Source of the DNA: Saprospiraceae bacterium
Lineage (GTDB): Bacteria > Bacteroidota > Bacteroidia > Chitinophagales > Saprospiraceae
Assembly: GCA_016714085.1 (NCBI GenBank)
Contig: JADJNW010000019.1
Span: 11,248-75,247 of the forward strand
Length of the DNA: 64,000 nt
Direction of reading: 5' to 3'
Part shown: piece after piece, positions 10,370 through 20,539 of the stretch
Layout of the letters: each line of letters starts with the position of its first letter
How positions within the stretch are numbered: the stretch's first letter is position 1
Notes under the pieces: generated by a model
What the model was told of the DNA's origin: nothing
Seen by the model: only the letters and a program-made list of their open reading frames with translations
The model's database searches: none
Position numbers and translations under genes: made by a program

Positions 10370-10679
10370 AATTGTTTTGTGAGTATAAAGGGACAACGGT
10401 AGAAGGACTTTATCATCTTTTATCCCTATACCATCTACCTCTACCAAAATTCGGGTGCAAAGATAATGGATTTTTGTTTTGGAAAATTGGAATACTGGAA
10501 TTTTGGCACAAGGGTTTTACGAAAATTAAGAGACAGAGGTTTCAATTATGGATGAACCGTAAATTGATAAATATAAAAGTCGTATCATCTCTTGGTTGCC
10601 AAATCATTAAGTCACCTTGTCTAAAAATCCTCCCATTCCCCCATCCCCCAATCACCCCATTTTTTTATCTTTGCAGGCT

Positions 10680-12986
10680 ATGCGGCTAAAAAGTTTAGAG
10701 ATCAAGGGTTTTAAAAGTTTTGCCAATGAAACGGTGATGCACTTTGGCGAAGATGTGATTGGTATTGTCGGGCCCAATGGCTCTGGCAAATCCAATGTGG
10801 TGGATGCCATCCGCTGGGTGCTCGGCGAGCAGAAAAGCAGTGAATTGCGCTTGGATACGATGACAAGCGTGATTTTTAATGGTACAAAAAAGCGCAAACC
10901 GGGCGGCTTGGCCTCGGTATCCCTGACTTTTGAAAATACAAAAAACCTACTGCCAACAGAATATAATACGGTGACGGTCACGCGAATGCTTTACCGTACC
11001 GGCGAAAGCGAGTATCGATTGAATGGCGTGCAGTGCCGCCTCAAGGATATTACGTCTTTACTAATGGATACGGGCATTGGCTCGGATTCTTATGCGATTA
11101 TTGCATTGGGGATGGTCGATGATATTCTGGCGGACAAAGATAATTCCCGTCGTCGAATGTTTGAGCAAGCGGCTGGGGTATCGAAATACAAAGCACGGAA
11201 GAAGGAAACCTTGAGTAAATTGGAAAGCACTTCTGCGGATTTGGAGCGGATTCAGGATTTGTTGTTTGAAATCGAAGGAAACCTTGCTACCCTTGAAAAA
11301 CAAGCCAAACGCACCAAACGCTATTTTGAAATTCGAGAGGAATACAAGCTTTTGAGTATTGACTTGGGTTTGATCAAAGTGGCGACCTTGCGCGAAAGCC
11401 AGCGCGAAGTGCAGGGGCAGTTGGAGAAAGAAGAACATAGCTATCGGCAATTAGAAATTGAGACCCGCGAGATAGAAGCGCATTTAGAAAAAGAACGCAA
11501 AAGCAATCTCGATACCGAAAAAACGCTTTCCGAGCGGCAGCGCGAGTTGAATCATCTGGTAGGACAGATTAAGAATACCGAAGCCGACAAGCGGATGCAG
11601 GAACAAAAGAAACAATTTGTTGAGCAAACCCGCGTGAAGCTTGCTGAGGAAATTAAATCTGCTGAAAGCCGCATTGAGCAGTTAAAATTAGAGATTGAGC
11701 GTTATCAGATTGAAGTTAAAACCGAGCAATCCCAAGAGCAAAACTTAATGGAATCGCTGCAAATAGCTGATAATCAACTCAAAGAAATTCGGGAAGGTCA
11801 TGGTACTTTGAAATCTGATCTCGATGCTATTATGAAGGATCAGCAAGCGATTGAACGCGAGGTTTTTGAATTGGAAAAACGCAAGGCAGTTAATAGCAAC
11901 CAGATTCAGAGCGCTTTGTTTGAATTGGAGCGTAGCGGTTTTGATACGGAACAACGCCGAGAGGAGGTCGCGCAATTGCAATTGAAAATTGACGCACTGG
12001 AAGCAGAAGAAATAACTAAGAAAGCAATATTGGAAGCTTTGGAAAAAGCAGAAGAACAGCGGCATGAGGAATTGCAACAAGCAGAAGCGGCCTTGGAGGA
12101 ATTGACCAAAAAAATCGCCAGGATCAATCGAGAGATGGACGCTCGCCGCAATGAATTCAAGCTTACCCAGAGCATGATCGAAAATCTAGAAGGCTTTCCT
12201 GAATCGATTCGTTTTTTGAGCGGGAATAAAGAATGGAAGGACACGCCATTATTATCGGATATTATTTACGTGAAAGAAGTATATCGCGTCGCGATTGAAA
12301 ATTATTTGGAGCCTTATCTCAGCTATTATGTGGTCAAAGATTTGAAAGAAGCACAGCGCGCTATTGAACTCTTGAGTAAAAGTCAAAAAGGCAAGGCGAA
12401 TTTTTTTGTGCTGGACGCCTTTCAGAATCACGCTTCGCCGATTACGCTCTTGCCTGATACGTTGCAGGCGGTTGATTTGGTGGAAACAGATTCGGCTTAT
12501 CGCAATTTATTTGGCTATCTCTTGGGCAATGTGTTGGTAACGGAGCGCGAAGATTTGGTGACACAGTTGCCAGAAGGTGATGTCGTTTTGCTTTCCAAAA
12601 GTGGACGCTTTATCCAGCGAAAATTCAGTATTTCCGGGGGTTCAGTGGGTTTGTTTGAAGGTAAAAAAATTGGTCGCAAAAAGAATTTGGAAATTCTTGA
12701 AAATCAGGTCAAAAAGTTGGAAAAAGAATCCAACAGCCTTTCTACCGAATTTTATAATGCCAAATCAAAAATCGAAACGCTCAAAGCGCAGCGTGTGCCT
12801 GCTCAGATACAAGATGCTCGTAATGAATTAAATAAAGTTACACAACAAAAAATTACATTTTATACCCGTCTGGAGAATTTTGAAACTTTCCTTCGAGACG
12901 CAGATAAAAAAGCGCGAAGAATTACAACGAACGATGCAGGAATTGCGCGAGTCGAATATATTGATCGAGCAGGATTTGGCTTCTAA
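10680..12986 (+). CDS. smc: Chromosome segregation protein SMC, N-terminal fragment (head plus coiled coil plus hinge)
   Basis: MRLKSLEIKGFKSFANETVMHFGEDVIGIVGPNGSGKSNVVDAIRWVLGEQ is followed by a long coiled coil and the hinge (GFPESIRFL...YVVKDLKEAQRAIELL). The frame is lost near 12880. Confidence 0.9.
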   Translation: MRLKSLEIKGFKSFANETVMHFGEDVIGIVGPNGSGKSNVVDAIRWVLGEQKSSELRLDTMTSVIFNGTKKRKPGGLASVSLTFENTKNLLPTEYNTVTVTRMLYRTGESEYRLNGVQCRLKDITSLLMDTGIGSDSYAIIALGMVDDILADKDNSRRRMFEQAAGVSKYKARKKETLSKLESTSADLERIQDLLFEIEGNLATLEKQAKRTKRYFEIREEYKLLSIDLGLIKVATLRESQREVQGQLEKEEHSYRQLEIETREIEAHLEKERKSNLDTEKTLSERQRELNHLVGQIKNTEADKRMQEQKKQFVEQTRVKLAEEIKSAESRIEQLKLEIERYQIEVKTEQSQEQNLMESLQIADNQLKEIREGHGTLKSDLDAIMKDQQAIEREVFELEKRKAVNSNQIQSALFELERSGFDTEQRREEVAQLQLKIDALEAEEITKKAILEALEKAEEQRHEELQQAEAALEELTKKIARINREMDARRNEFKLTQSMIENLEGFPESIRFLSGNKEWKDTPLLSDIIYVKEVYRVAIENYLEPYLSYYVVKDLKEAQRAIELLSKSQKGKANFFVLDAFQNHASPITLLPDTLQAVDLVETDSAYRNLFGYLLGNVLVTEREDLVTQLPEGDVVLLSKSGRFIQRKFSISGGSVGLFEGKKIGRKKNLEILENQVKKLEKESNSLSTEFYNAKSKIETLKAQRVPAQIQDARNELNKVTQQKITFYTRLENFETFLRDADKKARRITTNDAGIARVEYIDRAGFGF

Positions 12987-14229
12987 ACAAATATTAATGA
13001 TGGAAGCCAAGACCCATATTTCCAGCACGGACGAGACATTTCGGCAAATGGCAGAGCAGTTGAGCCAAGCTTCGGCGGTTTACAATGAGAAAAATATCGA
13101 GCATATTCGACAACAAAATAAAGTTTCGACTTTGCAAAGGGAATTATCCTATCGCGAAAAGCAAATTGAAGAATTGACCCAAGCGCTTGAAAATAATCAT
13201 AAAACCCTGGGTCAGAACGAACAAGAAGCCGAGCAAATCGCTGATTCTATTGTAGAAATGGAGCAAATGCTGGTTGAATCCTATGGTGAACGCAAGGAAC
13301 GAGAAGCGGCATTGAGCGAAGTAGAGCAATTTTATTTTAAAGCAAGGGGTGAAATCAACGAGCAGGAAAATAAGCTTCGGAATTTGTCCAAGCAAGTGCA
13401 GAATGCGCAGATGCTGATTAATAATCTCAAGGATAAACTGACCGATGTAAAATTTAAGGTCAACTCCATCAATCAGCGTATTCAGATTGAATTTAATATA
13501 GAATTGAGTGAAATAAAGGAACCTTCTTTCACAGAGCCGATGACTGAAGTAGAATTGGAAATGAAAGTGGAGCGCTTGAAAAATCGCCTGGATAATTATG
13601 GCGAAATCAATCCGATGGCGGTAGAGGCGTACGATGAAATCAAGCAGCGTTATGATGATATTTCGCAGCAACGCGACGATGTAGTAAAAGCCAAAGAATC
13701 TTTATTACAAACGATTAAAGAAATCGAAGAAACGGCGACCGCCCAATTCCTGGGCGCTTTCGAGCGGGCAAGGTTAAATTTTATTGAAGTATTTCGCAGT
13801 TTATTTACAGAAGATGATAATTGTGATTTAATTTTATTAACACCCGAAAATCCTTTAGAATCCAAGATTGAAATCGTTGCCAAACCAAAAGGCAAGCGCC
13901 CTCAGACGATCAATCAACTTTCTGGTGGCGAGAAAACGCTCACGGCTACGGCCTTATTATTTGCATTATACCTGCTGAAACCCGCGCCATTCTGCATTTT
14001 CGATGAGGTGGATGCCCCGCTGGACGATACGAATATTAATAAATTTAATAAAATTATAAAGAAATTCTCCAAAGATTCCCAATTTATTATCGTCACGCAT
14101 AATAAACTCACCATGGCAGCAGTAGATACGATTTACGGCGTGTACATGGCAGAGCAAGGCGTTTCAGGCGTTGCGCCGGTGGATTTTAGAGATTTTGAGC
14201 ATGTGGGGGCGTTTGAGATGCGGGGGTGA
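12880..14229 (+). CDS. smc: Chromosome segregation protein SMC, C-terminal fragment (coiled coil plus ABC signature and Walker B)
   Basis: QLSGGEKTLTATALLFALYLLKPAPFCIFDEVDAPLDDTNINKF..IIVTHNK matches the SMC C-terminal head. It overlaps the previous ORF by ~100 nt in another frame, so this is one gene with one indel. Confidence 0.9.
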   Translation: MKLSFETQIKKREELQRTMQELRESNILIEQDLASKQILMMEAKTHISSTDETFRQMAEQLSQASAVYNEKNIEHIRQQNKVSTLQRELSYREKQIEELTQALENNHKTLGQNEQEAEQIADSIVEMEQMLVESYGERKEREAALSEVEQFYFKARGEINEQENKLRNLSKQVQNAQMLINNLKDKLTDVKFKVNSINQRIQIEFNIELSEIKEPSFTEPMTEVELEMKVERLKNRLDNYGEINPMAVEAYDEIKQRYDDISQQRDDVVKAKESLLQTIKEIEETATAQFLGAFERARLNFIEVFRSLFTEDDNCDLILLTPENPLESKIEIVAKPKGKRPQTINQLSGGEKTLTATALLFALYLLKPAPFCIFDEVDAPLDDTNINKFNKIIKKFSKDSQFIIVTHNKLTMAAVDTIYGVYMAEQGVSGVAPVDFRDFEHVGAFEMRG

Positions 14230-14271
14230 ACATAAAACAGCATGAAAATAATCACAATAACATCTGCATTC

Positions 14272-14526
14272 TTAAATATAATATTTTATCCCTTCTACTA
14301 TCTTTAATAAATCGGCTTCTGCAAATTCATTTTTATAATATCGTACAAAGAGCGCTGCTATTAATGCTCGTTCGGAATATTCAGGATGCTGGTTTTGAAT
14401 GCTTTGCTTCACCGCTTGATAGACTGTATCAATCATATCCACACCCATCATGGCGCGTTCAGCCTCTGTTTTGGCAAGAATAATGTCCAGTTGTTTTTGT
14501 TGGGCGTCAAGGGTTGTATCAAGCAT
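14272..14526 (-). CDS. Hypothetical small protein (84 aa as called; possibly the C-terminal part of a ~125-aa protein)
   Basis: It is a clean ORF with normal composition but no motif I recognise. Upstream pieces in shifted frames are described in the findings. Confidence 0.4.
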   Translation of the reverse strand: MLDTTLDAQQKQLDIILAKTEAERAMMGVDMIDTVYQAVKQSIQNQHPEYSERALIAALFVRYYKNEFAEADLLKIVEGIKYYI

Positions 14527-14785
14527 TGGATATTAAATTAAAAGTATTTAAATTTAGTTCTTTACACCATTTCTTTATATAGTTTAGTAGGCAATATTTT
14601 GTTCCTCTAAAGCTTTACACACTTTTTCTAATAATTTTAGTATCATAACTGAAAGATAAATACATTTTGTGATTTTTCAACAACGGCTATTAGTTTTTCA
14701 CGCCGCCACAAACCCTAAATATTGCCGCGCATATAGCAGAATAAACACGATACACTTAATAAAAAAATTATATGCAATTATAACA

Positions 14786-15787
14786 TCATCCCATCGCCTT
14801 TTCCAATAAAGCTTTCGTCGCCCTAATTCCCGCATCTTCATCCAAATATTCACCAGGCACACCCATCATTTTCATAAAACCACCTTCGTATTCTATGCCG
14901 ATATAACCTTCAAAATTTTTATTTAGTCCTTTCTTTACAATTTTCATCATGCGATTAAAATCGGTATCGGTGCAGTTCCCAGCGGCATCAAAAGTATGGG
15001 TCTTGGCGCTGACGCCTTTGGCATAAGGCATGAGTTTTTTGACACCATCATATTTATCATATTCATGTAATACTTTTGCTTTCATAAAGGCTTCTAATGT
15101 AAGCTCTGTAATTTTTTCACGCTCGGTGAAGTTACCAAAATCAGGAAGCGTGCCGGCATAAGGGCTATCCACGGCTTTCATCAGTTTTACCAGCCAATCG
15201 GGATTAGTAGAAACACTAATATGATTTTCTATAATAATATTTATATCAGCTTTTGCGCCATATTCCAATAATTTGCTGTAGCCTTCTGCGCCTGCTTTCA
15301 GGATTTCATCTGGTGTGCCATCGCCTTCCATATTGATGCGAATAGCGTGACAACCCAAATACTTGGCGGCATCGATCCATTTATAATGATTTTCAACGGC
15401 TTGCATCCGCTTCGCGGCATCGCTTGCGCCCAAATCACCTTCCGCATCGACCATGATAAGCACATTGCGCACGCCCAAATCATCGCTGCGTTGCTTGAGT
15501 TCTTTTATATAAGATTGCTCTTTTACTTTACCTTCAAAGAAGCCGGAAACATATTCCACTGCGTTGATACCAAAATCATTCTTGGCTTTTGCCGGAAAAT
15601 CAAGATTTTTCAATTTGCCACCATATAAAGAACCTGCCAGCGAGAATTCCGCCAGCGAAATTTCAAATTTCGGTTTTTTATCTTCATAAGTCCAACTGGG
15701 TAAGGCACTTGCGGCGGTAAGCATACCTAATTGATACACAAATTGACGGCGATTGAGCGTGTTGATATTCGATTGCATGTTGATCAT
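14786..15787 (-). CDS. Sugar phosphate isomerase/epimerase (xylose-isomerase-like TIM barrel) with a Tat-type signal
   Basis: The N-terminus NRRQFVYQLGMLTAASA is twin-arginine-like. GCHAIRINMEG and IIIENH motifs are typical of the AP-endonuclease-2 / xylose isomerase-like TIM fold. Confidence 0.7.
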   Translation of the reverse strand: MINMQSNINTLNRRQFVYQLGMLTAASALPSWTYEDKKPKFEISLAEFSLAGSLYGGKLKNLDFPAKAKNDFGINAVEYVSGFFEGKVKEQSYIKELKQRSDDLGVRNVLIMVDAEGDLGASDAAKRMQAVENHYKWIDAAKYLGCHAIRINMEGDGTPDEILKAGAEGYSKLLEYGAKADINIIIENHISVSTNPDWLVKLMKAVDSPYAGTLPDFGNFTEREKITELTLEAFMKAKVLHEYDKYDGVKKLMPYAKGVSAKTHTFDAAGNCTDTDFNRMMKIVKKGLNKNFEGYIGIEYEGGFMKMMGVPGEYLDEDAGIRATKALLEKAMG

Positions 15788-15983
15788 ATTTAAAATTTCT
15801 ACATTACCAGATCAAGTTTCAAGGACTAAAATAGAAACTATTTTCGGATTTGCCAGTAAAATCAATTAGGATTGACTATGCTTTTGCAAAAGTGTCGGAT
15901 AAACCCGATTTTGCATCAAATTTTCTAATTATATGCGTTTCTGATGCTTTTCTCTTTATTTTAGTAGAAATAAAACCCAAACT

Positions 15984-17504
15984 ATGAACACTATACCTTG
16001 GTTAAAATTTTATATTTTATATGTCATATTTTTTAGCTTTTCTTTTAATTTATTTAGTCAACATGATATTGAATTGCAACAAAATTGGCAAGTTTATCAT
16101 GGAAAAGGTGAATATGATAAAGCTATTGAACAAGCAGCATTAATTTATCAATTAGGGGAAAACACAGAAAACAATGAATTGATGGCGCTTGCGCTGAATT
16201 GGGAAGGGCAGTCTTTGCTCAAAAAGACAAAAAGAGCCTTTTCTAATCGTAAGGAAGCGAAAAAATTGTTTCAGCAAAGCCTCGAATTGATTGCCAGCCT
16301 TGATAATAAAGATTTGCGATTAGATAATTTAAGAAGGCTTCGAGAAATCGCTGATTTAGAGAAGGATACAAATTCTTATGCTATTTATAATAAACAAATA
16401 AATGAAGTTGAAAATCTTATTATTACAAATGAATCCAATCGTATTTTATCAGAGCAAGTAAATAAATTAGGCGGAACACTTGAAATATTGGATAGCGAAA
16501 AATCACAATTACAAAATAAAGTGGCGAGCCTGAATGCCGCACAGATAAAAGCAGAATTATTAATTGCTGTGCAAAAAAATTATCTTGATTCGATGAAAAT
16601 GACGCGGATGCAAGATTCTTTTGAATTGGCTACCAGGGAGTTACGATTGAAAGAACAAACGACGCAATTAGCATTACAAGAAAATTATATCCAGTTACAA
16701 TCCAGTCAGCGCAACTTTTTTATTGCAATAGCTGCTATATTATTATTATTGGCAGTAGGCGCTTATTTTCGTTTTACGGAAGTAAAAAAATATAATATTG
16801 CATTAAATACCAAAAACGAAGCTTTGATCGCCGAGCAACAACGCTCTGAAAATTTATTATTAAATATTTTACCGGCAATGGTGGCCGATGAACTCAAGAA
16901 ACACGGCGTTACCAAGGCCAGGCGCTATGAGCAGGGGACGGTAATGTTCATCGATTTTAAAGAATTTAGTAAAATTGCTAAATTATTAAGTCCTGAACAA
17001 TTAGTAAAAGAATTGGATATTTATTTCAAAGCTTTTGATATAATTATCAATAAATATAAAATTGAAAAAATAAAAACGATTGGAGATGCTTATATGTGTG
17101 TAGGTGGCATTCCAGAGGTGGAAGGGAGCGAACCCAAGGATGTGGTGCTGGCTGCCCTGGAAATACAGGGTTTGATGGATCAATATAAAATAATTCGTGA
17201 AAAGGAAGGGCGACCTTATTTTGAGGCACGTATTGGCATTCATACAGGGCCACTCATTGCAGGAGTAGTAGGTTCTATGAAATTTGCTTATGATATTTGG
17301 GGTGACACCGTTAATATTGCTGCTCGCTTAGAATCAAACGGACAGCCCTGGCGTGTAAATATTTCGGAAACTACTTATGCTTTGGTCAAAAATGATTTTG
17401 AATTTGAAACGCGGGGTATCATACCTATTAAAAATAATAATGAAATTGGAATGTATTTTGTAAATTTTCCTTCTAATTATATAAAGACTAAAGCAATTGC
17501 TTAA
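15984..17504 (+). CDS. Class III adenylate/guanylate cyclase with an N-terminal TPR-like/coiled-coil sensor region and one TM helix
   Basis: The C-terminal catalytic domain carries TVMFIDFKEFSKI, IKTIGDAYMCVGG, RIGIHTGPLIAGVVG and YDIWGDTVNIAARLES. The TM helix is FFIAIAAILLLLAVGAYF. Confidence 0.85.
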   Translation: MNTIPWLKFYILYVIFFSFSFNLFSQHDIELQQNWQVYHGKGEYDKAIEQAALIYQLGENTENNELMALALNWEGQSLLKKTKRAFSNRKEAKKLFQQSLELIASLDNKDLRLDNLRRLREIADLEKDTNSYAIYNKQINEVENLIITNESNRILSEQVNKLGGTLEILDSEKSQLQNKVASLNAAQIKAELLIAVQKNYLDSMKMTRMQDSFELATRELRLKEQTTQLALQENYIQLQSSQRNFFIAIAAILLLLAVGAYFRFTEVKKYNIALNTKNEALIAEQQRSENLLLNILPAMVADELKKHGVTKARRYEQGTVMFIDFKEFSKIAKLLSPEQLVKELDIYFKAFDIIINKYKIEKIKTIGDAYMCVGGIPEVEGSEPKDVVLAALEIQGLMDQYKIIREKEGRPYFEARIGIHTGPLIAGVVGSMKFAYDIWGDTVNIAARLESNGQPWRVNISETTYALVKNDFEFETRGIIPIKNNNEIGMYFVNFPSNYIKTKAIA

Positions 17505-17514
17505 AGTATTATAT

Positions 17515-18216
17515 TTATTCCGTTAATTTTTTAATCGACCTTAACATCAATTTCCGAAATTCGACTTCTGAGCCTTCAGCCTGTACCGCGATTTGGGCTT
17601 TGTCAGTAGTGCAATTTGTGCCATAATTCACCAAATCCCCATTTACCCAGACTTTGATAGCATTGCCTACACATTCAATGGTCATAGAATTCCATTCACC
17701 AAGTGGTTTTTCTGAGCCATCGGTGAGGTTAATGATGCGCCGCTCTTTACCTTCCGTGATGCCCCAATTCTCCTTTGGCCCGCGCCGCTTTTCCATATCA
17801 GGCACAGTAATATCTTCCACAATGCACCAGAAATCACCGGCATTTTCGTGCATCATTTGTACTTCCAGCGATTTCGGAAACATTTTATACAATGCCCTCG
17901 GTGTAGAAGCGTGAACGAGAACGCCACAATTACCGGGCTTTCCGGCAAATCGATACTCAATTTCTAAGCGATAATTTTGATAAATTTTATCCGTGATAAG
18001 ATGCCCGCCGGGTGTGCCGAGGCTCACCAGCATTCCATTGCGCATGATAAAAGGATTAATGGCATTTGCGTTATTATCCATTTCGGGTACATCCACATGC
18101 CAACCACTTAAATCTTTACCATTGAAAAGACTTTGGGATTTGGAGGATAGCGAAGATGTTGATTTACAGGATAATAAAGTGGCAACAAGGATTATTAAAA
18201 TGGACAGATTTTTCAT
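17515..18216 (-). CDS. DUF1080 (3-keto-disaccharide hydrolase-like) lipoprotein
   Basis: It has the lipoprotein signal LLSC. FNGKDLSGWHV, the later NCGVLVH, and IKVWVNGDLVN...EGSEVEFRKLML match the DUF1080 jelly-roll pattern. Confidence 0.75.
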   Translation of the reverse strand: MKNLSILIILVATLLSCKSTSSLSSKSQSLFNGKDLSGWHVDVPEMDNNANAINPFIMRNGMLVSLGTPGGHLITDKIYQNYRLEIEYRFAGKPGNCGVLVHASTPRALYKMFPKSLEVQMMHENAGDFWCIVEDITVPDMEKRRGPKENWGITEGKERRIINLTDGSEKPLGEWNSMTIECVGNAIKVWVNGDLVNYGTNCTTDKAQIAVQAEGSEVEFRKLMLRSIKKLTE

Positions 18217-18301
18217 GATGTAGTATCTTTTTTATAATAACTCAAATCTATTTTACATTTATTACAATTCAAAAATAAATATCGGTTTAAAATTTGGGAT
18301 T

Positions 18302-19075
18302 TTATTTCATTCTATCAATTTTTTCTTTAATATGCTGATGAAACTCTGCAATAGCTTTACCATGCAAATTGGGATATAAATGTTTATCACGAAATTTGGA
18401 ATCACTGCGGTAGCGGGTTTCGTGTTCAATACGTGTTATTTTATTTGAATCTTTATAAAAGCGGATCCACTGAGTGCCTTGAGCAGCGCCTTTTTCGAGA
18501 TAACAAATTTTAATATAATGCTCCGTTTCATTTACTTCCATGATTTCATGCGAAACCGCAATATTTACTAATCCGCCTAGCAATCGCAGGTTCATAAATA
18601 ACATTTGCCCAGGTTTTAAACCATTAAAATCATTATCTAAATAAGTAAGCTGATGATCATATCGGGAATATTGACATCCAAAAGTGACCATTTTGCCACG
18701 CCAGGTATCTTTAGGCGAGATCGTTTTGTACATATTCCAGACAGATTCAAGGTCGGCTTCAACTAAAAATGTGCGGAAATGCTTTCTATACAAAGCGGAA
18801 TCCAGTTCATCATAACATAAAGAACGCAGTTTTATAAAATCTTGATGCTGACATAGTCCTTCATCTTGAAATAATTTTTTGATCTGCTTTTGAGAAATTT
18901 TATCAAAATCGACAATGCAATCGGTTTGAGCAAAGCTATAAATGCTTATTAAATTGATTATCAATAGAATCGGTATAAATATTTGTCGAGAGGTCAATTT
19001 ATAGTTCAATTTTAAAGAAGCCAGACGAATAGCGCAACAAGCCTTTGTTCTCAGCAGAGACAATTGAATTTGCAA
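18302..19075 (-). CDS. Hypothetical protein with an N-terminal TM/signal segment
   Basis: The ORF has a TTG start in the track, so the start is uncertain. There is a hydrophobic IFIPILLIINLISIYSFAQ segment but no recognisable catalytic motif. Confidence 0.45.
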   Translation of the reverse strand: MQIQLSLLRTKACCAIRLASLKLNYKLTSRQIFIPILLIINLISIYSFAQTDCIVDFDKISQKQIKKLFQDEGLCQHQDFIKLRSLCYDELDSALYRKHFRTFLVEADLESVWNMYKTISPKDTWRGKMVTFGCQYSRYDHQLTYLDNDFNGLKPGQMLFMNLRLLGGLVNIAVSHEIMEVNETEHYIKICYLEKGAAQGTQWIRFYKDSNKITRIEHETRYRSDSKFRDKHLYPNLHGKAIAEFHQHIKEKIDRMK

Positions 19076-19245
19076 TTTTTTTCAAAAAAAGGCAGTTTTT
19101 GCAACCTTTTCAAAAATCAACCGTCTATCAAATAGAATTTTTAAGAACATTCATCTAAAAATTGTGCAAATTGGTCGGTAAGTCAGCTATTTTAGAATAA
19201 AGTATGCTTATATTTATGTGACTTTTTGTGCTAAAACTTAGTCAG

Positions 19246-19488
19246 ATGAAAAAATCAACCACCCGAACTGTTTTGGTAACCCTGATCGCGGTAGCGAGCC
19301 TCGGCTCTTATGTGTTCTTGAACACGGCGGCAGGCGTTACGACTCCTTCGTCTGACGTACCATTTGAAATTCAGTCGAATGAGTTGAAGGAAGAAATCAA
19401 TGAGCATATCAAAGAAGTTAACCTTCCTGATGTAATGCTCTTGGAACAAATTATTAAAATTGGGAAGCGGTTTTTACCCGCTTCCTAA
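19246..19488 (+). CDS. Hypothetical small membrane/secreted protein
   Basis: The ATG at 19246 gives MKKSTTRTVLVTLIAVASLGSYVF (signal/TM). I recognise no homology. Confidence 0.35.
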   Translation: MKKSTTRTVLVTLIAVASLGSYVFLNTAAGVTTPSSDVPFEIQSNELKEEINEHIKEVNLPDVMLLEQIIKIGKRFLPAS

Positions 19489-20369
19489 CTCTTCTTCTGC
19501 CAATAGCGCAACAATCCTGCCACACTCATCCAACTCGGATTCGCATTTTCATATTGTTGTAATAATTCTTCATCGGTTACGCCATTTTCTTTTAATTCAT
19601 TTATTACATATTTTTGAAATAAAGGTGTAATATCTTTTATATCTGCTCCATTTTCAAAATAAGGTTTCATCCAGGACGCCCGATTGATAAGCCTTTGCTC
19701 AAGATCATCTAAATGTTGGTTTATATCATGGAATGCGCCATAATGTGTAAGGTATAATGTCTTAACATTTAATTTACGTATTAAATTAAGCGATTGTATC
19801 CAATCCTCGATGTGGATATCCGGCGGCGGACAAGGCGGAACGACGATGCCTTCGCCGATGCGCACGCCTGCCACGTCTCCACATAATAAGGCGCCGCCAA
19901 CCTGCCAGGCAATATGATGAATCGCGTGACCAGGTGTGTGCCAACCGATGATTTCAGCATTGCCGATATGAAATGCCTCGCCATGCGCTACAATCCTCAA
20001 TTTTTCTTCAGGAATGCCTTCGATCTTGCCCCAGAGATATTCCATTTTATCTTGATATATCATTTTCGCTGAATTCCAAAGCTTTTCGGGATTGTGCAAA
20101 TGCTTGTGCCCAAAAGGATGTACATAAATCGTTGCGCCTTCTTTTGCTAAAGCCCAGGCTGCACCGGCATGATCGAAATGAATATGCGTAAGAAAAACGT
20201 GTTGAATATCAGCAGGTTGATAACCTTTTTGCTCTAATTCTATTTTCAGACTTTCGTAAGTAGAGTAGGGGCCGGTTTCAAATAAGATTGGGCCTTCCGA
20301 AGTTTCTACCAAAAATGCTGCGATGGTATCGGCTTTTCCAAGAAATTGTAAATCAAGTATTTGTATCAT
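19485..20369 (-). CDS. MBL-fold metallo-hydrolase
   Basis: It carries the HxHxDH motif (THIHFDHAG) plus a downstream His (WHTPGH) and LTHYGAF. Confidence 0.85.
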   Translation of the reverse strand: MIQILDLQFLGKADTIAAFLVETSEGPILFETGPYSTYESLKIELEQKGYQPADIQHVFLTHIHFDHAGAAWALAKEGATIYVHPFGHKHLHNPEKLWNSAKMIYQDKMEYLWGKIEGIPEEKLRIVAHGEAFHIGNAEIIGWHTPGHAIHHIAWQVGGALLCGDVAGVRIGEGIVVPPCPPPDIHIEDWIQSLNLIRKLNVKTLYLTHYGAFHDINQHLDDLEQRLINRASWMKPYFENGADIKDITPLFQKYVINELKENGVTDEELLQQYENANPSWMSVAGLLRYWQKKS

Positions 20370-20539
20370 AAATAATTCTTATTTGCTATGCAGCAAATTT
20401 TATATATTTTATTGAAATAAATAATATTAAACAGGAATTTATATCAAATTTGAAATGAGAAGTTCGCAATTTAAAAATTTAAAATATTGAAAATCAGTAT
20501 ATTATTAAATAATTATTATATCATCAATTTTAAATGATA

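Noticed and set aside
9242-10402. Long antisense ORFs inside the ABC-F gene (9242..9754, 9863..10402). Similar shadow ORFs lie inside smc, the giant adhesin (e.g. 32684..33223), porP/sprF (34937..35287) and the Clp-like gene (48631..49062).
   Set aside because: They lie opposite genes with strong motif support, and their translations lack motifs and have skewed composition. They are typical shadow frames.
10666-10673. A TATCTTTG -7-like box only 7 nt upstream of the smc ATG, implying a leaderless smc mRNA
   Set aside because: It is a single motif match in a T-rich context. The start codon choice is itself uncertain, so the evidence is insufficient to call a promoter.
12870-12990. Programmed ribosomal frameshifting or genuine pseudogenisation as the explanation for split smc, dnaG, folD and yajC
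   Set aside because: The same kind of break occurs about 15 times in 64 kb, always at short homopolymers, including in essential genes. No slippery-heptamer plus structure signals are seen. Sequencing error is the most parsimonious explanation.
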